In this document: positions 51,119 through 64,000 of the stretch, one piece after another | How positions within the stretch are numbered: position 1 is the stretch's first letter | How the letters are laid out: each line of letters begins with the position of its first letter | Assembly (NCBI GenBank): GCA_051362555.1 | Contig: CM120645.1 | Span: forward strand, 14,012,001 to 14,076,000 | DNA length: 64,000 nucleotides | Source: Lingula anatina | Lineage: Eukaryota; Animalia; Brachiopoda | Direction of reading: 5' to 3' | Notes under the pieces: model-generated | What the model saw: the letters and a program-made list of their open reading frames with translations, nothing else | Told to the model about the DNA's origin: nothing | Database searches by the model: none | Made by a program: the position numbers and the translations under genes

Positions 51119-53238
51119 ATTTCCATAACTATCTCTCTCTCTCTAGATCTACCAGGGCTGCCACCAAGTGTATATGACAGGTACCGCCCTGTATGTGTTG
51201 GTATTTGATGCGGCCGACCAGGCAAACTATGACGGTGTGACACAGTATATTGATGACATACAGTATAAGGTGGGATAAATAAATTGGAACCGGTGTGACA
51301 GGAATGGTTGTCTTAAGAATGGAAGTCCAGGGTCCCCTATAATTAGTACAGGCTATGGTAAGTCGGGATATTGGGGTTAGTAAATAGGACGAATGTCACC
51401 TGTACAAAGTAATGGGGAACGGACTACGGTTTCTAGCGGACTACCATTCCTGTCACACGTTTTTTTTTTGTTTTTTTTTTTTAGACCAAATCTCATTTTA
51501 TTTCAGGATAAATGCGCAATAGGTCTGGTCCACAGTTTTTAGTGTCTAAAGAGATAGGATTTGTTTTGAATACGTTGTAGTTTTTTAACGTTTCCCGTTG
51601 CTTATCTTGTTATAAGTATTTCGTTTAACTAGAAAACTGCTGACTTGTCTGGGTTTTTTTTCCGAAGCGTGGAAGTATAACTGGGACTTCCCTGCTCTAA
51701 AAGCTTTGAAATATTTTATCACTTTAAATAAGTGTCACAAGGCAAAAGGTGATTAGTCCGGCTACAAAACAATCGTTGTTAAACTCGGCATCATTTAGCC
51801 TCATGTAATTAGATATAATTTGGATTCATTATACATGTAAATGTGAATAATGGATCTAAGGGCATACTGTATAAAGTTGTGATGTAGATGGTTTGATAAG
51901 GTGAACTCGATTTCCAATGTCGCATAAAACTGGTTTTTACATTGTTTGAGGTAGCACAACAAGCGTGGATGGTGTAACGGTTAGCATGGTTGCCTTCCAA
52001 GCAATCGATCCGGGTTCGACTCCCGGTCCTCGCAAATCCTTTTTTCCTTCTTGAAAGGATAACAACTGTTCGTTTTGGCCAAAATAGAATTTTCCTGGGG
52101 TAAACGACAAGTTTACCATACTTAACAATGGTAAATGAATCCATTTCAACATGTAAAGTTAGTCCCTGTTCTTTTCTAAAAAGTTTGTTATTAAGAGATT
52201 ATTACAGAGTATAGCCATCTGTGAAGGTCCGATGACAAGCACAGATTGCAGAATAATTGCTATAACTGCCATTTTTTTTTTTTTTTTGTTAAATGGAACA
52301 TATTATATTTCTATGAGTTGTTAATAATTTATTTATTGTGTAATAGATCTCATACGAACAGTTGTTATCCCTTTTACTTTTTAAAGTTAAAATTTGTCTA
52401 TTAAAATATGATCGCAAAAAAATGATCAATTTTCTCTGTGTTACTGCAAGTGCTCTAACAATATTCTACACGTTTTTAGGCTCCTGGCAGCTCTATCATC
52501 TTGGTGTCCACAAAGACGGAGAAAGTTCTGCCCCCGGAGAAGCTGAAGGCTAGACACGACCTAGTCAGGTGTAAGATAATGCAGAATGAGACGAGACAAG
52601 TGGACAGCATAGCCAGCGAGATACATAAGCTAAGGTATGATAACAGCGGTGTATGGAATATTTAGACTAAAAGCTGTTGCCAGTTGGGTTGCGTGACGTA
52701 TAGACAGATAATTATAATATTATAATGATATATAAATTAATGAATAGGCCTACATACACACATACACGTAAATAAATATAGATTAAGTTTTTGTTATGAT
52801 GACATTCTACCTGCAAAAGTCCCAAGCCAAAACTGATGTCATTTTATGAAATATGTGTAATTTTTATTTTTGTTTTTATCTAGAACCTTTTTCGATTTTT
52901 TTTTTAGATTTTATGTATCTTAATATTTTTTGTTCATAAAAACCTGTACATGTTTCTTTTTTATGAAGTGTTCTGAACTTTAAATGGATTTTAGACTCCA
53001 AATAGATACATGTATCATGTGTTATTGTTATAAATGTATTACATTATTTTCATGGATTATTTATCAAGCTGTACTAAACGATTCTTTCCATTTCATTTGT
53101 TGAACTATTTTTTTACCACAGTTCTGAAGAGAGCGACCTTCGAGTGGACAGGAAAATAAAAGAGTTAGAGTATAACCTGAAGCATAGGCCTAGAATACAC
53201 TCTACCATCATAGGGGCAAGCTCTAAAACTGCAGCGGT

Positions 53239-53269
<31 letters not shown>

Positions 53270-56200
53270 GCTCTTGTGTCTTGTGTAGATTTCTGTGACT
53301 AAAATGCCGCTATGACAGCAATGTAAATAACACCTGTCAAAAAAATTTAGATATTTTTAAAACATTCTCTACCGATCTATCCAAATAGAACACGACCGTC
53401 TTAATTTCATAATATGAGAACAGGGGCTTCACTACAAACGCTGCTGTACGCAACGTAATGTGACGAGCTCGAACTTCATAAGATCGGACAAATTATTTAA
53501 AAAAAAAACTATGAGCACTATATTATTAAAATATTTTCAGGGCGTTGAGGAGGTCCGCAAGGTTCTCTTGAGCAAGGCAGTGAACTTTGACATCTTCCCC
53601 CATCTAAACTGCCGGGTGCTCCCCGAGACCGTCTCCCTCCATAACTACATCACCAGCCTACGCCAGGAGGGCACCTGCCTCCTCAGCTGGGAACAGTACC
53701 GGGACGACGCCATTAAACAGGCTGGGAGAGAGTACGGAGAGCATTTGGAGAAGGAAACGGCTTTCATGCACAAAGTGGTAAGACGAGGCAGTCCCCAGTG
53801 AGAGGGGTATATACAGGCCTAATGTATGTTACTCTTATTTATCTATTTATTTATACTTCACTCATTTGTCTGATTGTTGATTTTGTGTTTAGAAATGTAC
53901 AGACATATTTTTCTACTTTTTGTAAAATCCTGATCAAAATGCCATGAAAAATTGAACGCATTTTGCGATCTCTTGGGTAAAAATACTTTTTAATTTTGGT
54001 CTTTCTATACGGTAGAATTTTCTATTTCTGGTTTTTGACATTTGCGCAATATTGCAAACGCTGTCGTTGTATTCGATTAGTTAGCATGGCCATCGGTAGG
54101 TTGAAATAAACAAGACATCTGTCCTTTTTTTCTTATTTCACCAAAGACATTTTGCTGATAAGACTGCTCTTAGAGTATTTCAATGGCAAGGGACGGTTAG
54201 CCAAGTTGAACTGCAGCTTCATGCTACGCATTTGATAACGATTTAAAATCTCATTCAGTTTAACCTGGCACAATTGTCGTAATTTATCTTATATAGAGGC
54301 CTATGGTTTTTACTCCAGGGAGTCATTCAAGATTTCCATTTCAACGACGACAACACCCAGAGTAACTCCAGCCACAACAGTCACAGTAGTCATTGCGCTT
54401 GCTTTAGAGTCATCTGTATCAACCCAGTGGGTCTGGCGAAGATGTTTTGTGCACTGCACCTAGACGATCACAAGAAGGCTTTCAAGTTTGAGGCGTCCAA
54501 GTTCTGGCCTAGTAAGAGCAACGAGGCACGCCCTGATCCCGGGCTCCTAGTCAAAGCGTTGGAGGAGATCCCTTTAAAGGGACTCGTAAGGGAGGTCCTG
54601 CTCCCTCTTCTGTGGCAGGTAAGGGGCAATATGCATTTCCAAAAGCTGTTATTGTGTATGTCATCTCTGGTATTTTAAACCAGGCAGGGTTTGTAAGTTA
54701 AAACTCATGAACATTATCAACAGACCACACATCAGAAAATAATTGACTCCATTTTGCAATTCAGAGATATCGAATGAGATACTATTTCCAGGATGTCAGC
54801 ATGAACCAGGACCAGATAACACTGATGATTCAGCTACTGAAGCGACTCCACCTTTTAACGTTGCACTCTAAAACAAAGAATGGGTTCAGGAGCCTTGCTC
54901 TTCCTCTCTATCCACACTTGTCTCCAGATGTCAGGTTTTATGCTCCTCTCATGAACCGTTTGCCTGATAAAAAGCCTGTAAGTCATTAGTTTAAGAAAAA
55001 TATATATCAAGAGTTTAAAATGCACAGCACAATTGCCTTCACACCTGCCGCAATTGAGAGCACATCTCAATGCAATCAAGTACTAGTATGCAGTTTGTTG
55101 TTTTGGTTGTTTTTAGTATGTCAACAAAGTCATAAACACCAATTAAGCACACTGACTTAATGGTCTTTACTGTTGTTCAAGATACAGTAGAATACCTTAA
55201 TTACTATTAAATTTATTCAGTTTTCTCATTGTTAACATTTTAAATGGTTCTTTCACCATCTACATCATAGCTCTCTCTAAAAAGCACCCAATGAAAAAGT
55301 AACCTTTTCATTTAAAGCAACTAAATTGGACCGAAAATCCCCTAAAAGGTGATCTACAGCTGAGCTGGTGCTTCGAATTCCCACTAGGGTGCGCCAGAGG
55401 TGCTCTTCCGAGAATGCTGGCCCTCTGTAAAGATCTGCAGCATGGTGCGAGCTATCAACATTACTGGAAGACTGGGCTGTTACTGAGAATAGCAGAGGTG
55501 ATGTAACACCATTACTATGATTTTGTGCTTTCTTTGGCTGTTTTTTGTTTTCTTTCTTATTTTTATAATGTTTTTGATGGTTTAAAGAGTTTAAGGTTTT
55601 TTCTAATGTACCTGAAAAAGGTTATTGTATTCCTTCAGTTTTCCTTCCCAAAATGCCAGTTTATTTATCATAAGTCTGGGACAGCCAAATTGCCATTTAG
55701 AGAAACCCTTCTAAGCTCATTGTACACAGTGTGTATGTTTTTTCAGGTGCATAATGCAAGACACCAATAGTCTGTTTAAAAAACCCAAATGCCTACATTT
55801 GGCAACATAACGCTCAGTTTCTTTCCAGTCTGTATATATTCTCAGTGGGTAGGTGCACATTTGTGTACATTAGGACATCAAGTACCCCGCAGCTTCTGCA
55901 TAAAAACGGTGAATCTCCATTTCGTCTGTATTTATTCTTAGGTGTACGTTTGTATAACAACCCCTACTGCCACATCTCTGCACATAGAAGCCAGGACAAA
56001 TGGCGAGGAGCACCTTGGAGATGAGAAGTCAGTGGTGGAACTACTTTGGGTACATTTAGCTCTCTTTATTCAGTCACTCCAGGAGTTTTTAGGGAGCTGG
56101 AAGGGAACCCCATACACAGTGAGTTTAAGTGTTATATACAGTATTAATTCAAGATCTGATTAAGTTATTTGGTGATCCAGTCACTAAATGTTTTATGCTC

Positions 56201-57238
56201 CATCACTGGTGGATCCAGGATTTTGCTACAGGTAGGGGGCAGGGGGCTTTTTTTGGGGGGAAGGGGGGGGGGGCAGAAAGAAGAAATTAAATATAAGACA
56301 ATAAAAGGCAATAATACACATACTGTAATAGGGATAGGAAAACTATACTATGTATTATCAAAAGCATAGGGATGGGAAAACTGTCTTATTCTGCCTAATG
56401 CCCTGGTTGTTGGGACAGAGAGAGAGTACATCACCTAAGTTGGAGGGGTGGGGGCATGTGGATCTGCAATGCAGGGGCGGATCCAGAGCTATTTACTGAC
56501 AGTCTTCCAATTTTCATCTTTGTTGATTCATCCTCCAATTTTGACTGTCTTCCAACAAAAAAAATTAGATACCCGTCAATATAAACTTGAAAATCTGACC
56601 GTCTTTCAGAAGACCCAGAAGATGGCCTAAATCTGCCCCTGCAATTGTCAGCATTTAAATATGTACATAGTCACTGGGCAGTTGGATAGAGATTCTGCAA
56701 TATATACCTTACTAGTAAGCTTGACTATATGATGGAAATATCTGATAGCAAACAGTCACTAGTAACAGAGCCACCAATTTTTCAGACTGGGAAAGTGAAA
56801 AATAGCTCAATCAAAGAATGTTATTGAGCATGTAGAGTAATCACAGATTGCAATACGGAGTAAATTTACAGAGAAAGATGAGGGTATATATTTTTATTTA
56901 CGATCCTCTGATTGGTATCCATAATATTATGATACTGTCAGAAAACGGGTATATTAATGACTTCGAACACAAATGAGAATGTGCAAAATTACATTTCCTT
57001 ATCAGGTGTGGCTGAAACCATCGGGAACAGTTTTTTACAAAGGAGCAAAAGTCACAGAGCCACAGTCTTTCCCCCTCTACCAGTGTCTGCACAGTCTACA
57101 CAAGGGAACCAGTGTCAAGTTCAAAGATGGTGGAGACACCAACCTTCAGCTGGACCTAGAGGTGTTGTTCCCAATACCTGGTGAGAATGGAGTTTCATGG
57201 CACTGAAACAAACCTGAGTTCTCTCCCCCCCCCCTCTC

Positions 57239-57293
<55 letters not shown>

Positions 57294-59167
57294 GACACAT
57301 ACATACACACACGCACACACACACACACACACATTGACTGATATATGCCTCTCTCTTTTTTCTCTATTTCTCCGGTTCTCTCTCTCTCTCTGTCTCTCTC
57401 ACTCATTAAAGGACAGTTCTATAAAATCCACAAAATCCACAAAATAAATAAATATCATTTATTACACTCCTCCACCCTTAGTTTTACAACTGAGTTAAAT
57501 AACTGGAAGCTGACCCCCACTATCAATACATGAAGGCTTCAGTTGGTTTCCAGAAGAATCTGAAACTCGGGGTGACAACCACTATTCAATCTGCCGGTGA
57601 TAACCAAATCAAACAAATAATGAAATATTGAACAGTCTTGAAGTTCACTTCCAGTCCGGTATTGACTTCCAGTTAATGAGCATAACTCATTTGACACTTT
57701 GAGGACAGAGAGAGTATGTTCCCTGGCAGCCCTCTAAGGAAATGTTATTTCTTGTTAATGTGCTAAAATTGGGATCGACATACACAAGACTGAATTTATT
57801 CAATTTCCTTGGAGAGTCTTCCTGGTGATGAGTTTATTTTGTTCAGTTAGCTCAATTTAGGTATCAATGGATTCTTACAGACCAAAATTGATTTTCCATT
57901 CATTTTTCCCCCAAGTATAGCCTTACTGGTGATAATACCTTATCTACTCTCCTAGGTGTTAATCAAGTCACTGGCTTCTGTTATCTTCCTTTAAATCAGC
58001 TACTTTCATTGGTCTCTCAGGCATTTCACTCGGGTTACTGACTGCGCAAACAAGTCAGTTTTTCACACGTTTCATGGACTTAAAAGATATCCATATATTA
58101 GCACAGTCCTCCTTTGAAGTATATTAGCACAGTCCCCATAATATTAATCCACTTATCTTGTCCACTTGTGCACTATTTTTGTCATTTGTTAAAGGCCATG
58201 ACTTATTTAATTTACAATCTCAACATTGAACATTACCTAAGGAGATTATAGTACTAAATCATGCATGTGAGATACATACTGTAAGCCATTTTAATTTTTT
58301 TGTTTTATCTCAGATTTATTTAGTAATTAGGAATACTGGTACCTGTAGATTTGAAATGCCAGAATTAGGGTTCACCATAACAGTAAACTTTCAAGTACTT
58401 ACATTTGGTGTTTCAAATTACAGTGCTACCCAGTGATTTGGTAAATTAAGTTTTTATAATGGTCTTGATGGCAAAGATTTTAGCTTTGTTTATATTTTGT
58501 GTCCTAGTCCACTGTAGATAGACATTTTTGCCACATACACTGTACATGTTACTAGTACCTCAATATCACTGCTTGTATATGTAATATCTACCTGTGGCTG
58601 ATTGCTGTTGAAATGCCAAGACCTTTTGGCAACTACGTAAATCCAAGATGGTTTGGATTTCACAGCTACATGGTTTGAGTTTATGGTTGTTCTAAAGATG
58701 ACAAATAATGGGATGAAATAAAATGACATGGAAAAATAGAAAAATCTGAACATAAAAACAACTTCACACTCCATTGTCCTTTCTTTTTTCTGAGAAAATT
58801 GTCAGGACATCAGTCAATATGATGTCAGCCAGTGACCTTATTGGACACGTCCAAGAGCATTTCCTACGTATGTGCTTCATAACTGTCCAATCCTAGCTCT
58901 CAGCCTTCCCTTGTTGGCTTTTCATGGCATTCAGTTTACTGCACACTGTCTATTGATCATAATTCAGGTCTGCCACAGCACACAGTGGAGGAGTGGATCC
59001 GCCAGGTATTACTGAGACGAACCAGTGTGGTTCAGCAGTTTGAGGAACAGTCACCCTGTGGCACCCCGCCCACACCTCTCGCATCTGTCCCAACGGTGCT
59101 GTTGCCAAATGACATGTTATCTTCCACAGGGAGTCATGGAAAGACAACAGTCACTAACAAGAAAAAA
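47183..59167 (+). CDS. ROCO-family (Roc-COR) GTPase, MFHAS1-like core, no LRR/ankyrin; first and last exons uncertain
   Basis: Exons: (47183-47210), 49113-49821, 50163-50308, 50747-50823, 51147-51269, 52480-52634, 53122-53236, 53541-53777, 54319-54618, 54792-54977, 55318-55497, 55942-56118, 57006-57180, 58968-59167. All phases are compatible (936 codons). Motifs: G1 GPEYGGKTS, G3 IWDLSGRPIYQGCHQVYMT..ALYVLVFD, G4 VSTKTE, G5 ASSK, and a COR region IFPHLNCRVLP...AFMHKVGVI...YWKTGLLL. It ends at a GTAAGT donor or reads on to the TGA at 59191. Confidence 0.85.
47233..47400. mobile_element. MITE family copy 2
   Basis: CAGGGGCGGAT...ATCCGCCCCTG; homologous to 41-205. Confidence 0.85.
47739..47832. 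repeat. Minisatellite of GTAACGATTGGA units
   Basis: The 28-bp unit GTGTAACGATTGGAGTAACGATTGGAAA occurs twice, plus degenerate copies. Confidence 0.8.
48354..48427 (+). tRNA. trnT-AGT: tRNA-Thr(AGT)
   Basis: Identical (74/74) to the minus-strand copy at 45272-45345; CTTTT follows. Confidence 0.96.
51294..51458. mobile_element. Intronic MITE
   Basis: 16-bp TIRs GTGTGACAGGAATGGT / ACCATTCCTGTCACAC. Confidence 0.75.
51963..52034 (+). tRNA. trnG-TCC: tRNA-Gly(TCC), intronic in the ROCO gene
   Basis: 72-nt cloverleaf with anticodon arm GTTGC-CTTCCAA-GCAAT, T loop TTCGACT, a U4-U69 mismatch and a T6 terminator. Confidence 0.92.
56472..56641. mobile_element. MITE family copy 3
   Basis: Homologous to 41-205 and 47233-47400. 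Confidence 0.85.
57235..57400. repeat. Compound (CT)n(CA)n microsatellite
   Basis: Direct reading of the sequence. Confidence 0.9.
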
Positions 59168-62100
59168 GTAAGTATTTCACAGCCCACTTGAGGCTGAATT
59201 CTTTTTGCCCTAAAACTGCTGGATACTGGTACACTGTACTTCTAGCCAAGTTGAGCTGGTGTACCAAATCTGTAAAGGGTTTGGTGGAAAATGGTCAAAT
59301 GTATTGATTTTTCTTCCGCCAAATTAGATTATTTTCTAGGAATAGTTTAGACATACTGTATTATCCAGCAGGCCTAGGAAAACTATTTTATGTGGACAGC
59401 TACCATTAACAAAAGTAGTGATGGTGTGGGGAGAGAGATAACAGCAAAGATGTACTTGAAATTAGACATCAGTCAGTTATCCATTAGCTCAGGCTCCAGG
59501 TCCACCATGAAATACCAATTTTTTCATGATATATTATGAGATTCAAGTATACATTTGAATTTTAGAATTGACCAGGGCATCTTAATTAGTACATGTAGCT
59601 CTACTGCTGCAAGTTACTTGGCAACTGACTTAGGGCTGCTATATGACTGAAAAACTGGGGAAAGTAATTTTCTACACGTGAGCCGTCCTTGGCTCCCTCC
59701 CCCCCAGCCCCCCCCCCCCTCCACACACACACACACACATACATGTATATACACTCATACATACATACAAACACACACACACTCTCACACGGAAGTCGTA
59801 TTCTAAGATGGGCTAGAGGATTTTGCCAATAGAGGGCTTCGTGTGAATACTAGTTATTTTACATACCACTTGGTGCGCTGTATTCACATTCACAAAATGA
59901 TGACGTAGACGTATGACCCTATTAAGCTCAAGAAAAAATATAAGAAGAAAATAGGGATAAGCGTACTTAACAGCAAGTCACAATTAAAATATATTATGTT
60001 AACGTGTTTTCTTGTGTGTGTCGTTTTAAGGAATTGTACATGTAATGTGATAACAGAATAACTCAAATGCAGTGTATGTTATATTAACCGGGTATACTAT
60101 ATAAACTACCAATTGAGAATTGTTGAGGGTAATGCATTAGTACCCCCCGCCCCCTTAAAGTTACTCTTTTGCAGCTGAAATTGTCAGTTACATCTAAGAG
60201 CATAGATAATCTAAGGATACTTGAAATTAAACAGATTAATTACACTGTAAAAAATCACACCAATGGTCTCTGTTAAAAATTAGAATTTTGAATCATAGTT
60301 CTAAATTGTACCAAATGGCACTGTTCGGCCTATTGAGGGGGGACGTGGGTAAGCTTTCCATCTGTAGTCTGTCATGCCAAAAAAAGCCGGATCCCCCTTC
60401 AAATAATCCTGGATCCACCCCTGACATGCATGGATTATTTCTAAGTAGTAGTATCAATCCTGTGTCGAGAAAAGTGGCAGCAGGGTGTGGCTTGATTTGT
60501 CCATAGAAGTAGATTTGTCCTATATAAAGTTTATAATGTTAACCTGTAAATTGCCCCCCCCCCCCCGATTTGTGAATTTAATGCTAGCCCAGGAAGCATA
60601 AAAGCAAATGCTGTATATAAAGAAATAATTAACTTATTCTTCCAATTTATTGCCACCAACAAAGTATAATTTAACATATTAATTGATCCATTCTTACCAA
60701 GACAAATGTTCAAAGAAAAAATAATTAAATTTACAGTTTCGATATGAAAGACATTTGTGGATGGATTGTGGATATTTTTTGTTTAAAGACTTCTTCGTTC
60801 TTTAGTAAATTCAATTTTTTGTTTCTTTTTCCTGTTAGGAATCTTGTAACTGAGGTTGTAGAAGTGAATATTTTATTAATTGTGTATTTATTTACTGAGC
60901 TGCGCATGATATATAATCCACCGAGCTTAAACCTGTGAAACATATTGGGTCGAGAATTTTGCACATAAATGCCCACTTTTAAGCAATGCCGTTGGTTATT
61001 AAAAAATGGCAAAAACTAAAAAAGTGTAATACCAAAAGCATCAAAAATATATTTATTCTCATAAAACTTATAGTACTTTTAGCATTACCATGTCACCCAC
61101 AGAAAAAAAGTGGTTTGAAAAAAAAATAAAGAAAAAGATGCAGTTGATAAAAGGGAGTTTAAATAAATCTCAATTATGGAATATATTACATACATACATA
61201 CTTATTTACACACACACACACACACATTTATATAGGAGATTCACATTTCACATTGAATACATTGTAAACAACTCAGAGAAATATAAATTCTATTTTACCA
61301 CTAAAATGGTGGTTCTTGCAATTATTCTGGAATCTGTGCTTGCCACTTAACCATGTGACCTTCACAGATGACTAACCTCTGATAATCTCTTAAGAGTTGA
61401 GGGAAATCCGAACTTATTTGTTCTCTTGGGTAGAGTACTTTTTCGTGTAAATAAACAAAATCAATAAATATTTGGTCAACATTTTATCATCTAATGTGAT
61501 CTTTTCTTAAAATAAAATTCATTCACACTTGTCTTTAATAATACACAGTACATCATTGGAAATAAGATAAGAGGAGAGCCTCATCTTTTAATTAATATTT
61601 TACAACAATCAGTAGGTTAATCATTTTAAGTTACTGTTGCACATATATTGATTTCTGTTAGATAAACTGCATAAGGTGTGTTTACTGCAGGTAATAGAGA
61701 CCTTGGGTTGGAAGTGGAAAAAGTGTTGTGAACCATCCAAATTTAATTTTATTTTAAATAACTGTATTCCAGTATATCAATTTTTTTCATAAAATTAACT
61801 TAGAGGGCTCTGGCATAACTTAAGATTGACTGGCCCTTTTACTTCACTTGCAGTGTTTCATTCAGATATATATATAAAAAGAAGGACATAAATACAGTAC
61901 AGTATTATACCCTTAATTCAGATGCCAGTGCACATGACTTTAACAAGTCCATCACCCAGACACCATTTTCAAAGAAATACCAACAGCATCCCATCTGCAC
62001 CTTATAGAAATAGTAATAGTAATAAAAAATTTAAAAAATAATATATTAATGTAATGGAACCCCCACAGTTAAAGCAAAAGTTTGATCCAATATTCTTTAT

Positions 62101-63452
62101 ATATAATATTTGATGTGAGTATTTGGCAGTATATAATAGTAACATTATTTCCTGGATTTGGTAGTAGTGGCCCATTCCAGAATTATACTGGATCCATTAT
62201 CGTTTGTTTTAAATAGAGACATGTCACAGTTATAATCACTGGGCCACATAAGATTCCCCTTTGCACTTGTATAATTAAAAAAAACTGTCACAAGTGTTGC
62301 ATTATGACAAAATTAACCTGCTCTTATGCCCAAATGGTATTATTTTGAAGTGCTTTTTATCTGCAGCCTCTGAAAATCAAGAAAAAGATACTATTAGTTA
62401 TTAGCATTAAACATCAAACCAAAGGGACAACACAGTGACAGTTCCAGACAGACAGGTGGGAAAACATGACCCCATCTATTTTGGAAGGTACAAGAATCCA
62501 GGAATTTTAAGTGTCAAAAACTGTAAGATCCTTTAAGGCTTTTTCTGGGCATAGTAAACTTTAAAGCAATCAAATGAATTAAATTCATAAATTTAAATGT
62601 TAATGCATGTCTTGAAAATAAATATGAATACACATTACGTTAGAAATTATACAAGCTAGAATTACATTTTTTTTTTGTATTTTAAATCTAATATCCAACT
62701 CTTACTTATACATAAATATCATAATTATCATTATCATTTTTTAACAAAAATAAATTCCATATTCATACCAATATTTCTTAAAACCAGAATGGCCACATTT
62801 AGCCTATTATAAAGTCTGGCTGGCAGATCTTTGGTGTTTTGCCCAATCCATATACCAACAGGTGCTCCACTGCCTGAATAAAAATGAATAATGATAACAA
62901 AATTTCTATTGATATACCAGGTAAAAAGGAAAATCCCTACACAATGGTTTAATGTTTATATACAAATATGTCTATATACAAAGTTAATTTTGTTGTTCAA
63001 TAATTTATGGGTAACTGTCTGTGCTGTTCGTAAAATGTTAATAAATTCACATTGGGTGTGTATACTTTTGCTCTGTGTTTATGTACATGGTCTGGTCATA
63101 TTGAATAATGTTTAACCCTTGCTCGGGATCTAAGTAATAAAGTATAAAAATTATTTTCATTGGCCTACAAATGTTTCTCTTGGGGACTCTTTAGAGGTGT
63201 ACAAGTTTAGAACTTATACTGAAATGTGTGCTTCCTAGGTAACATAACTCACATGTATACACCTCAGCCGACAAGTGTAGCCATCTACATGTAGTTGTTT
63301 TTCATGGCCAATGGTGACAAACTGGCACCCGATTATTTACTCCTGAAGAAGTTGCTGAAAATATATTACGAGAAAAATTATACCTTTCAACCAAATCATA
63401 ATATTGAATTGTCTGCATCTTGCACATATAATTAACATAATTTATATAAACA

Positions 63453-63600
63453 CAGGGGCAGATTAAAGATTTAGACCGTCTTCAGCTTACATAATTGGTG
63501 GGTATCTAATTTTTTCTGTTGGAAGACGGTCCAAAAAATAAAAGATGGATTGACAAAGATAATTTGGAAGACTCAGAAAATATCTCTGGATCCGCCCCCG
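63453..63600. mobile_element. MITE family copy 4 (opposite orientation)
   Basis: CAGGGGCAGAT...GGATCCGCCCCCG; the internal sequence is the reverse complement of the other copies. Confidence 0.8.
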
Positions 63601-63611
63601 TAAACCTTTTA

Positions 63612-63614
<3 letters not shown>

Positions 63615-63680
<66 letters not shown>
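63615..63680. repeat. (TA)n microsatellite
   Basis: Direct reading of the sequence. Confidence 0.95.
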
Positions 63681-63686
<6 letters not shown>

Positions 63687-64000
63687 TTTTTTTTTACATG
63701 ACGAGACTACCCCCAGTTTCTTGTGATAATGTTCTATTCTTGGCCAGTCTCTCAAAGGGAATTGACATAGGTGAATTTACCCTCCTTTCTTCCACAATAC
63801 TAAGTACAATAGACACAACTAAAAAAATAATAAGCCCTAGTCAGTTCAATATGTCTTCACGTTTCACAAAATACAAAAATTGGTGTTGGGTGGAGAATAA
63901 GTCAAATGTCAGATCTAATACAGAGTACTAAAATTCTCCAAATTATGTCTTTTAACTTGTTTTAATATACAAATAAATGTAGCGATTTTTTTTATTAAAA

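Noticed and set aside
51809-52152. Minus-strand ORFs of 111 and 71 aa
   Set aside because: They overlap the tRNA-Gly antisense and have no protein-like features.

Overview
This is AT-rich, intron-containing animal DNA with many microsatellites, probably from a marine invertebrate (inferred from repeat types and gene families only). From left to right it holds: (1) a Golgi-type sulfotransferase with a single coding exon; (2) three tRNA-Asp(GTC) copies, two inside an old tandem duplication and one with an extra base in the anticodon arm; (3) three intronless, basic coiled-coil ORFs that share a gapless ~47-residue motif, two of them with PxIxIT-like motifs; (4) three tandem secreted 10-Cys prokineticin/colipase-fold genes, two ending in an acidic GSGD tail, with a decayed Tc1 (DD34E) transposon between the first two; (5) a 16-exon ankyrin-repeat gene with all phase-0 introns that ends in a CaaX box (CTIM); (6) a Roc-COR (ROCO, MFHAS1-like) GTPase gene with no LRR or ankyrin N-terminus, a possibly dual-frame first exon and an unresolved 3' end. 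Two identical, oppositely oriented tRNA-Thr(AGT) genes flank that first exon, and a tRNA-Gly(TCC) lies in one ROCO intron. A HINE-type element, several MITEs and a perfect palindrome with 66-bp arms are also present. All exon models were read by hand from GT-AG signals and frame continuity; no database search was run.
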